Source: the human T2T-CHM13v2.0 reference genome, Homo sapiens
Reading direction: 5' to 3' (one strand)
Assembly: GCF_009914755.1 (NCBI RefSeq)
Contig: NC_060932.1
Length of the DNA stretch: 64,000 bases
Both the position numbers and the translations under genes were made by a program. Below, piece after piece: positions 52,487 through 64,000 of this stretch. The first letter of the stretch is position 1, and the number at the start of each line of letters is the position of its first letter. The notes beneath the pieces were generated by a model. The model searched no databases and was not told the origin of the DNA. It saw nothing but the letters and a program-made list of their open reading frames with translations.

Positions 52487-53429
52487 GTAAGATCTCCAAT
52501 TTATGTACATCTGATTTCACAATAAGCTTCTATGTGTTATTTCAGAACTTACATAATAAGACTAAACTGACTTTTATTTATCTGAACATGAGTGAATAAA
52601 CTATGAAACTGCCCAGAATTTCATACAATTCTAAGAAAGCAGGTTAGGAAAGCTGATTTGAAGACATATGACGGGGGAAGAATAAACTTGTTTTCTACTT
52701 GTGTCCTTATGAATCCAGAATGTTTAATAAGCCATTCATAATATTTCTTTTTGTACATGCTTCTTATTCTCTTTTAGTCTATATGCTCCTTGATTGCAAC
52801 AGGCATGTCTTCATTTTTATATTCTTCTTAATTTCTATTATAGAACAAACTAAATCATGCGTTGCACAGGGATTGAAGTAGAGTCATTCCAACCTTTATA
52901 TAATAGGAAATTCAACTAAATATTTAAAAATTCAATGTTTCAATATTCACATTTGAGTCTATAGTTAAAAATATCAATTTAACAAATGCCATTTTCTTGA
53001 ATAAGCTTTTTATAATGAAAGATTTCTAAGATCCAGAACTAAATTATTTCAAAGAATACTCTTTTTAACAGAGTATCATGTAAGTATTTCTGTAACTCCA
53101 TGCAGTTAGTTATGTGCAACTGAATTTGAATTGTGCAGGTAATATGTATGGAAACATCATTATATTACAGAAATACTTGAATTCTGGTACAGTTACAATT
53201 TATTAGCCTGTGACCTACCAAGAGAGTTCATTGTTGACTAATTTTGTGGCTCTCTAAATCTCAGTGTCTTAATCTTAATCTATAAAATATGAGAAATAGT
53301 GGTTGCCTTGCTTACTGCTGTGTGCAATAAATCCATTCAGTACATATTTATCAAGTGTCTAATATGCAATAGAAGGTAATTCTGTCAATTCTGACCAACT
53401 ATTCCTATTCTTCTTAGTCACTTTCCTTT

Positions 53430-53850
53430 GTTGAATTTTAAAATCAACTTAAGGCATAACTTATATACCAAAAATTCACTCAATTTAAGCATATAGTTTG
53501 ATATGTTTTTATCAAATGCATGCATAGCATATATACACTAGTGTAATAAACATCAGTCAAGATACTGAACATTTCTCTCTTCCCCAAACCTTCCCTCATA
53601 ACACTTCACCATTAATTCCCAGTCCCCGTTACCATGCCAGGCAACCACTGATTTCTATTACTAAAGATGAGATTTTCCTGTCCTAGAACTTCAAATAAAT
53701 GGAGTAGAAAGGTATATACTCTTTTGTATCTAGCTATTTTGTTCAGCATAGTACTTTTGTGATTCACTCATGTTGCTTCTTTTATCAGTAGTTCATTTCT
53801 TTTAATGACTGAGTTGTATTCCACTGAATGGACATTTGCACTGTTTTACT
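53430..53850 (-). mobile_element. L1ME-like 3' end
   Basis: aggcaaccactgatttc...cctgtcctagaacttcaaataaatgga. Confidence 0.8.
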
Positions 53851-56409
53851 TTTTGGAGTAACATAATAGGAAATTTATAGCAATGAAGTCAATAATTGGA
53901 AGCATAGAGGACTTAACTCCTATTGGTAACCAAAATATAAAGTATACATAGACAATGGCAACATGTAACTTCCTGTACAAGTCACATTAACTTTTGATAA
54001 GAAAACAGTAGAAATGGTAGGGTTTTTTTGGGCTTTGTGTTAGATACTTTTTAAATGCTTATATAGATATTATTTGAAGTGGGTGATAGTGAAGTCAGCT
54101 TGTATACCTTTTTACGTAGTTGTTACACAAGTGCTTGCTAATTTTTGTGGACTATGCACAAAATGCTTTAATATATTTCATATTTTCAAGAACTCTTGTA
54201 AGAATAACTGCTGGAATAATAATTCTAGACTATGTATGTATTAAGGATAGTTTCTAGCACACACAAAAAAAACACTGTGTAGTAATTGGTAATAATTCCA
54301 AAAGCAATATAAAAACACATTACTTTCCCCCGTATTTACAAGCACTAATATAGGAAAATATATTAAACCAAATCCTTGGGGACTTGAGTAATACTATGTG
54401 TCGTATACTCGATGTTTGAATAAGTGTTTACAGATTTTTCTGTAGTAGACTTGGATTTTTATTCTTGCACATTTTGAAGCTTGTGAATGTGTATGTTAAG
54501 TTCGGAATTGATTCATGCTTAACAAGGAGGTTTTATTTTTGATGGCCTTCCTTTTACCTTTTAGTACACTAAATAATCCTCTGCTTCTAGAATACGTCAC
54601 TTTTACAAAGCCTGCTAACCTCAGAGTTGACAAGAGTTTTTTTTTTTTTTTTTTTCCCTTCTTTACCAACCTCACATACCTTACATATTGGCATTTTAAT
54701 GAGGTAACATACTGCTATTTTCAAATGAGGGAAGGGAATTTCCTTTTTTGGTGGGCGGTTTTCTTTTAAATATTTGATTTAGTTTTTTAACTTGATTCAG
54801 TTTTGAAAAGAAGTATGACATGACCCTTCTTATTCTATACATGAGGAATGATTACTGAAAAATTCAGTTGTTTCTAGCTTTCAGCAAAGAAGATCTTTAC
54901 TTCTTGGATGAGCTTATCTGTACAATAGTTGTAGTTCAGTTTTGATTTCTTTCTGTAAATTAGATGCTAATTCAATAATTTAAATTTAATTAGATGATAA
55001 GTAAAGAATTTAAATAATTCCATTTGAAATTAATTTTACTGTAAAACTGGAACTATTTGAAAATCATTAAGTTTAAGCAAATTTATATGCTCAGGTTTCT
55101 ATTGTTTAAATGTAAGTGCACTCTCATAGACTGTGAATACCATCTTTTCACAAGACAATTGGCCATATTGATCACAATTTTAAAATTTGCATGCCCTATA
55201 ATACAGCAATTCTAGAAAACCATCTAACAGAACACATATTTAAGTATAAAAATTACTTATGAGTGAAAATTCATTGCAACTTCATCTGGAAAATTTAAAA
55301 AATGCAAACCCCCTGCATAGAAACTATGAGGGTGGGAGTGCTATCTGTTGGTCAGCCTGTTTCAGGGCCTAAAACAGGGCCTGTCATACAGGAGGATCTC
55401 ACTAAATATTTATTTAATATAGTCAATACATTCCTAAGCATTTTGACACTATTATGAATAGAATTGTTCTCTTCATTTCATTTGCGGGTTATTTTGTTCA
55501 TATGGAAACATAATTGACTTCTGTACATTAATCTTGTGTGCTGATTTTGACACATTCTTCGTTGTATCAATAAAGAATTTTTCTTTTATTCTTTATTTTC
55601 TTAGATCCTCCATGCTGAAGATAAACTGTCATAATTTTTTTACTTATGAAAATAATTCAATATTTACTCATTAAAATAATACATGCCTTTTAACAAAGTT
55701 AAATGATATGGATAAGTAGAAGAAAAAGTATAAAAATCAGTGCCCATATTTAGCTCTGAGTCTAAGTGTGTGTCTGTGGATGTATGTGTATTGATGTGTG
55801 TTTACTCACAGAAAGAGAGGTTTTGTTTATACGGATACACCTTCTTACATCTTTGTGTAAATAAATAAAATAGTTCTATATCATCAATTTTAATGACTGC
55901 CTGATATTCTATGTACTACAATTTATTTAATATAATAAAATTTGTTTAATTGTCAGTCATTATTGAGTTGCTTAAAATTTGAAACTATTAAAAATAAGAT
56001 GAGTTTTCCTGTGGGTAACTTTGAGATAACCTTGTATGGTGTTTCTCTGGGAGATAATTCCTGAGAATGTTATTATTGAACCCAAGAAATGCTCACACAC
56101 AATCCCTAGATCCTATGGAACATTTATAATAATTTATTTTCCATCAATACTACATGAAAAATTCAATTTCCATATACTCTAACTAATGTTGATTTTTTAA
56201 ACAATTTTTAAATCATTTTAAACATATTTTAATCATTTGCTGTTTCTTCTGAGTTACAAAAAGACACTATGCAATTTTCCTTAATTCAAAGGAGAAAGAA
56301 AATGAAATATCAGATAAGCAACAATTTTAATACAAGTGTTATTTTTGAACCACAGAATTTAACATTTTAAGGGATATTACTGCTGCTTTTTTCATCTCAT
56401 CTCTTTTTA

Positions 56410-56575
56410 AATTTTTTTTTATTTTCAATTTTTATGGGTCCATAATAGGAATATATATTTAGGGGGTATATGTGATGTTTTGGTACAGGCATACAATGAG
56501 TAATAATCACATCAAAGTAATTAGAATATTTATAACCTCAGGAATGTATCCTTTCTTTTGTATTAGGAACATTAA
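56410..56575 (-). mobile_element. L1MA 3'-end fragment
   Basis: tatatatttagggggtatatgtgatgttttggtacaggcatacaatg. Confidence 0.8.
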
Positions 56576-59500
56576 CATGAAAATACTTTCTAAAACAACC
56601 CTGACAGATAGCTGTAGTATATTTTAGTGGCTATCTCTATCAACACAGCAATCATCACCATCAGGCATACAAATAATTAGATATTTTAAACTATTAAAAT
56701 TTTTTTATTGTCTTGAGTGAAAATCTACTCTTTTGAAGTATCTGTTAAGTGGATTAGACTTCTTTCTAAGGCCATGCAGCTTTCTTTCCACTGCTTCTTT
56801 CACATTAGAGGTCTTTAAATACAGGAAGGCATTTGTTATTTCTCTCTTTAGTTACCTGTTTCTCATAATTTTCTAGAATAATTTGGAGATTATGAGATTG
56901 AGTTTCTGTGTACCGCAGTTTGGCAAATCATCACAAACTCGATTTTATTCCTTTTGCTATGTGTTGCTGGTAAATTTTAGAAGTTGGGTGAGTTTTACAA
57001 CACTTAATCTTGATACATTTAAATAAAATAAGGTAAATTTTTTAAGAAGCAAAATGTTAAGATTGGCAATTAAAACTAGGGCAATCTGCCTACAAATATG
57101 TTAGGAAAATGGCTGTTTCCAACATCTGTTTAGGAGTGAGTAAAAAGAATACAATGCATAAGTTGTCTCAGTCTAGTGGAAATATTTCAGATTTGTATGC
57201 TGCCTTACAAGTCATATGTCAAAATATTAAATTTGTCATCTGTTTGTATTTTAAAATGGATATGCAGAAAATTAGATAAAAAATTAATTCTCAAAATTTT
57301 TATTCTTTTCTTGAAAACATTTCATATATAACTTTAGGGAGATGGATGAGCTCACTTGAAGTATTTATTGGTTTTACTCATCATGATTTTATTGGCTTTG
57401 GCATGTAGTTGGTTGGTCAATTAATAATATGTTTATATTCCAATGTGAAAAGGTGAATAAAGAATAAATATATGTCTCCAATTCTGTGAAAGCTTCTTAA
57501 ATATTTTTATTTTTTTGGTCTTCAAAAAAGCAAGCAAGCAAGAAAAACAAGTAATGGACTGACCTCTCAATACAGAATACATAAATATTTATAAATGCTT
57601 AGATTCTTCTTTAAAGTTGTACTATTGGATTTAAACAGGATTGGATGATAGTAATTTGAACTCTAATAGCCTGTGGCTTTTTGACCTATGGTGTACTGTA
57701 ATTATTGTCTTTGGCTAAGACTTCTCTACACCTTCCATCCTCGTTGAATCTGTTTCTCTGGTCTTATTAAAGTTAAAAAATTGTCAATAAATATAGAACG
57801 AGGCAAATGTGAACGTCATCATCCAAACATGAGGCACTACCATCCTTATACCTATTGTTCATTTACCTTTAAGTGTCTGCTATGGGCAGGTGCTTCTCTT
57901 TCTTCTCATATGTGAATGATGAATATATTTTGTACTATTTCATATTTTGACAGTGCTTCTCATTACAATTTTTCTTTTCATATTATGCAGTTGATGGGAA
58001 GTCAATTTTTCTGTCTATGATAGATTTCATCATTTTCTCAGTAATGTGTCTCTTGGCAGTGAATATATTACAGTAGCACATCCCAGTGGTTTGAACAGAA
58101 AGAATTCAAGTTCTAATCTAGACCCAGATTCTGTGTTATCTATTTCTCAAATAGGAACTCTACTCATAAGAAATAAGTATTCATAAATATTTTTTATTTC
58201 ATTCGTTCCCTCTACCAAACCCTAACAAAACAGTAAAAAAAGTCTTTATTGCAAGCATTTAAATGTGATTTATTTGTGATAAATTTTCAGTTTAATAACA
58301 GGTATACAATCTTAATGTTTCATTATTCATTAAACATATCAGACCAGGGTCCAGATGGCAAAAACTTGAATATTTTTTAAAGATCATGAAGTATTTTGGC
58401 ACAATTTCTTATTATTGGTGCTTTCATGTCATGGCATGACAAAGGCAAGGAATGAAATAGATTTGTGGCAAAAGTGAAGAGGATGAGAGTGAGAATTTGA
58501 GAACATGGAGCTTCTGGTACACATATTTACTTATGTAGAAAACATAATCAATTTCTCGGATAGTCTGAGTATAGAGGAATCAGGTAAGACATGCTCTTTC
58601 AGGATTACATGAACTTCTCATTCATATGATGCTTAATTAGGTACAAAAGTGTCTTAGTCTATTTTTAGTAATCAACTTCTCAATCTTTTCCCAAGTCTAC
58701 ATAGGCTAAGAATTTTGACTGCTAAAAAGTTGTATGTCAGTTGTCTAAAAACAAATTAATCAGCTATTATTTGAGCATCTGTCATCTTCAAATAAAAATT
58801 TTTGGTCATTTTCTCAGAAAACTAATTTCTTGTTGTTTAAATTATTTTCTTAGAAAAACATTATTTTAGCTTCCTTTTCCCCACGTTCCTTTTTCCTCTC
58901 ACCTACCCATGTATAAGACTTCTGTTAAAAATGTTCTTTTCCAACTGTCATTCTTCAAAGATACCAAAACAACAAAATGGCATATAGACATTTTTTTAAA
59001 TAAAAAAGGAAAAGATTATCATTGACACTCATAGCAGCTTCACCTCTGACTCTGCTCACTGTTCTCTGAGATAACACAATAGTCTTCTGCCAAGGTCTCT
59101 GTCACTTCCACTTTGCCGTCCCATCCCCCCTTTTGCTAAAAATATTTCCTAAATGTACTTCCTATCCCACCTATATTACCTACATTTTAAAATCTTTTGT
59201 CAGATAAAATTGTTAGCAAGGCAAGTCAAAATGCTTTAAGTTGTTTTACTGATGGCCAATGGAAATTCCAACTGATGACTGAGAATTTGAAGTTGTACAT
59301 ATTACTATATTTTTGCTGTATTTCATCATCTAGTCTCTATTATTTTTGTAAAGTTATGAGGGATGCACCATTTCATTATACTTTTTTGGCTCCGGAAAAC
59401 AATGTTACACTTTCAGAGTGATGTTTTTCTTGTTCTTCTCTCTCTTAATCTGTAATTTCTCCAATATACTTCCACCACCAAGATTGTGAATAAACACTCA

Positions 59501-59675
59501 AATAATGCCATCCTCCAAAAATATTATGCTACTCAGCTTTCTCATTTCAAGTGCTTGTTTTGATTTATCTTGTTTATTTTGTTTAGTTTTATTTTTTCAA
59601 AATATATCATTCCATTAGTAACTTTTAGTTTAAAATTTTATATTTAAGGGAAATCTGTGAGAAATACCTATTACT

Positions 59676-59980
<305 letters not shown>

Positions 59981-60219
59981 TAAAAAATAAAAAATAAAAA
60001 AAGCCAGATAATTTAAATTTATAGTATATGCAGTTATCATCACAGATTACGAATATTGTTTCTAAATTCCTTAATCTTTCCTTTGGTATGAATCACTAAA
60101 TACTTTCTAACCTACTCAATTTTGTTTTCATTTTCATTAGTCTTCCATCTTAGCCTCTTTCTCCTTAATTATTTGGAAGCTGTTTTCATCATACCAACTA
60201 ATTTCTGAAGAAGTGTGGT

Positions 60220-61478
60220 TTTCATAAATTATGTTTAATTGATACATAATAGTTATATATATGTATGGGATACATGTGACATGAAACATGCATACAATGT
60301 GTAATGCAAATCAAAGTAATTGGGATATCCATCACCTCAAACATTTATCATTTCTTTGTGTTGGGAACATTTCAAATATTTTCTTCTAGCTGTTTTGAAA
60401 TATAGCATAAATGCTCATTAATTGTAGCTGCGCTATTATGCTATCGAATAGCAGAACTTACTCTATCTACCTGTATTTTTGAACCCATTAGCAGACCTCT
60501 TTTCATGCCCTCCTCCCTCAGACCCTTCCCAGACTCTGGTAATCACCATTCTACTCACTACCTCCATGAGATCGCTAGTTTTTTCAGCTTCCACATTTGA
60601 GTGAGAACATGTGATACTTATTTTTTTGTGCCTGGCTTATTTCACTTAGCACAATGTCCTCCAGGCTCATCTGTGTTACTGAAAATGGCAATATTTCATT
60701 CTTTCATTGTGGCTAAATACTATTCCATTTTGTATATATACCACATTTTCTTTATCCATTCATCATTAATGGTCACTTAGGTTGAAGTGTCCAAACAGTT
60801 TGATCTTGGCTATCATGATGGGTGCTGCAATAAACATGGGAGTGTAGCTATCTCTTTGATATACTGATTTCCTTTCTTCTGGATATATATCCAAGACTGA
60901 GATTGCTGGATCACATGGTAGCTCTATATTTCTTGAGGAAGCTCTGTACCATCTTTCGTAGTTGTTGGACTAATTTAAATTCCCACCAAGAGTGTGCAAG
61001 CATCTCCCTTTCTTCACATCCTCCCAGCATCTGTTATTTTCTGTCTTTTTGATAAGAGTCGTTTTATCTGGGTGAGATGATATAACATTGTGGTTTTGAT
61101 TTGTATTTCCCTGATGATGAGTAATCTTGAACATTTTTTCATATATCTGTTGGCCATTTGTATGTTTGCATTTGAGAAATGTCTACTCATATTTTTTTAC
61201 CAAAAAATTTAATGAAATTATTTGGGTTTTATGTGTTATTGTGTTGTTTGAACTCTATATATCCTGGTTATGAATTTCTTGTCATATGGATAGTTTGCAG
61301 ATATTTTCTCCCATTCTGTAGGTTGTCTCTGCACTTTGTTGATTGTTTAAATTGCTGCACAGAAGTTTTTTTAGCTCATGTAATCTAATTGGTCAATTCT
61401 TGCTTTTAATAACGGACTTTTGAGGTCTTACTCAAAAAAAATCTTTGCTTAGTCCTGTAGCATTTTCCCAATGTTTTG
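60220..61478 (-). mobile_element. L1MA-like 3' end and ORF2 tail
   Basis: Reverse L1 3'UTR and ORF2 C-terminus (gtgagaacatgtgatactt, gagatgatataacattgtggttttgatttg). Confidence 0.88.
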
Positions 61479-61824
61479 AAGAAAAGTGCTTTTAAGATGA
61501 CTCCACCTTGAGCAAGACCCCATTGTTTTCATGTCATAGTTCTTATACATACTTGGCAATTGTAATCTCATGGATCTAGAATCTAGACAAAATTATTTGA
61601 CTTTTTCATTTCATTTCATATAGATTTTGAAGCTGCTGTCTCCCTGTTCAACTCCATGTGTCACTATTTATAGTTACTAATCAGATATTTGATTCAGACT
61701 GTCACTAAATCTTCTTTGAATTCTTCTTCCTAAATTCAGTATAACCTAAAAGCTTTTTTTCATATTACCTGAAAGCTCTTTTCACCTCTTCTACAATCCT
61801 AATAAAATATATAAAAATATCCCT

Positions 61825-63425
61825 TGATAAAACTCAGTGGTTTTTAGTATATGCACAAAGTTGATCAACCATCACCACTAATTAATTTTAGAACATTTCA
61901 TCACACCAAAAAGAAACTCCATTCGCATTAGCAATTTTTCCCTATCTGTCCCTCCTCTCAGTCTCTGTTAAACCACTAATATAGTTCTGTTTTTATTAAT
62001 TTGCTTATTCTGGACATTTCATATAAACACCTCATGCAAAATGTGGCCTATTATGCATGGCTTCTCTCCTTTAGGATTTGTTTTCAAAGTTCATCTGTGT
62101 TGTAGCATATGACAGTACTTCCTTTTTATGGTTGAATCACATTCCATTGTGTGAATAGATGACATTTTGTTTACCCATTTATCAGTAATTGGACATTTAG
62201 GTTGCTTTCATTTTTTGTCTATTATGAATAATGTTGTTCTGAACATTTGTGTGTATATTTTTATGTGAACATATGTTCTTATTTCTCTTGGGTATATAGC
62301 CAGAAGTAGAATTGCTGGGTTATATGATAACTCTATTTAATATTTAGAGAAACTGAACTGTTTTATAAAGTGGCTACATCATTTTATAGTTGAAACAGCA
62401 ACGAATAAAGTTCTCGGCTGGGTGTGGTAGCTCATGCCTGTAATCCCAACACTTTGGAGTTTGAGACCCGGTCAGGAGTTCAAGACCAGCCTGGCCAACA
62501 TGGTGAAACCCCTGTCTCTTCTAAGAATATAAAAATTAGCCAGGCGTGGTGGTGCATGCCTGTAATCCTAGCTACTCAGGGGGCTGAGGAGGGAGGATTG
62601 CTTGAACCTGGGAGGTGGAGGCTGCAGTGAACTGAGATAGTACCATTGTACTCCTGTTTTTTTAGAAGTTTTATCTCATTGTGATTTTGTTTTGAATAAC
62701 CCTAATGATTAATGATGTTGAGAATCTTTTCATGCACATATTGAACATTTGTATGTCTTCTTTGGGGAACTGTCTATTCAAATCTTGTGCTCAATTTTTA
62801 GTTGTTAAATTGTGAAATTTCTTTGTATAGTCTGGATACAGGTCACTTACACGATATGTGGTTTGCAAATATTCTCTTCCATTTTGTGGGTTGTCTTTAC
62901 ATTTTTTAAAATTGGTGCTCTTTAAAACATGAAGGTTTTAATTTTGATGGAATATAAGTTATCTATATATATTTTTGTCCATTGTGCTTTAGGCATTTTT
63001 TCTAAGAACCCATCACAAATATTTACACCTATGATTTCTCCTAGGAATTTAATAGGTTTAGCTCTTACATTTACATATATGATCTATTTTGTGAGTATTT
63101 TATACATGGTGTGAGATAAGGGTCCAAGTTATTCTTTTGCTTGTGGATGTCGAGTGACCCTACACTATTTGTTGAAAAGACTACTTTAGACACATTGTTT
63201 TGTCTGGATACCACCCTTGTTGAAAATCAAATGATCATAGATGTATGGATTTATTTTTGAACTCTTAATCCTAATCTATTGATCTATATGTCTGTCCTTA
63301 TGTCAGTACCACACTGTTTTAGTTATTATAACATTGTTACAAGTTTTGAAATAGAGAATTGCAAATCCTTCAACTTGTTTTTTTTCAAGATGATTTTAGC
63401 TACTGTATGTCCAATAATTGTTTTA
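61825..63425 (-). mobile_element. L1MB-like 3' end/ORF2, interrupted by an Alu
   Basis: Reverse L1M 3' region (ttttagaacatttcatcacaccaaaaagaaac; ctatttgttgaaaagacta). Confidence 0.85.
62416..62654 (+). mobile_element. Alu (old S/J-like), internally deleted and tailless
   Basis: Runs ggctgggtgtggtagctc... to ...cattgtactcc; lacks the gaggccgaggcgggcggatcac segment and the 3' tail. Confidence 0.88.
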
Positions 63426-64000
63426 AATGTGGCAAATATGCTTAAGAACGGTTAGTTCTTAAGTAGCATATAGTAACCATCATTGTAAATTGTGGCTCAC
63501 ATTTTTTTAAATTTGCATTTTATAAAGTTACTAGCGCCTTAGCTCCAAGAGTACTAGAAACAAACTTTTTCACATATGTGGGCAGAATGATTGTTGACTT
63601 GGCATCTTGTTAAGAATAACAATGTTGGCTTTATATCATCAAAGACTCCCATGCTTTATTTGAGTATTGGGAATTGACTAAGGGAGTTGCCAATATACGT
63701 TGCAATTTTAGATCACCTACAATGGTGACTTACGTTTTTCCAATGTAGTACAAATAAAAGGTAAGAACTGAATCCAACTGGCTGTTCTCTAATTATGGCT
63801 CAAGGTTTTGGTGATAGTCTGACAGACTTCTTGAGAAAACACTGTAAAACCATCTCCCTCTCTAGTATAATTACTATTATTAATTTCAATAGTTAATTCA
63901 ATTTTTTAAGTTGAATTATTTTTATAATTTTACCAAAAATTGATTTTTATATTTGTGCTAGACATATTAGACTGGACACATTGCATTAACGAGATGATCT

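Overview
Primate (human-like) AT-rich genomic DNA, intronic or intergenic and dominated by interspersed repeats. No intact cellular protein-coding gene, RNA gene or CRISPR array is supported. All long ORFs are decayed LINE-1 ORF1/ORF2 or ERVL pro/pol remnants. Main content: a full-length minus-strand HIGD1A processed pseudogene with target-site duplications (TSDs) and two Alus; an ERVL provirus remnant (~10.9-20.4 kb) carrying a nested L1>Alu>L1 stack; a 5'-inverted L1PB; a full-length L1PA5/6-like element with another L1 3' end inserted in ORF2; and many Alu, MIR, L2, MaLR and hAT fossils. I found no credible new biological system. The best signals are mutational or regulatory: a 261-bp identical tract with shared non-consensus bases between two L1s 23 kb apart (probable non-allelic gene conversion), several template-switch or foldback insertion scars, a perfect T-MARE palindrome, and a well-formed candidate plus-strand exon. 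Subfamily names come from recalled consensus sequences, not a database search, and boundaries of old repeats are approximate.
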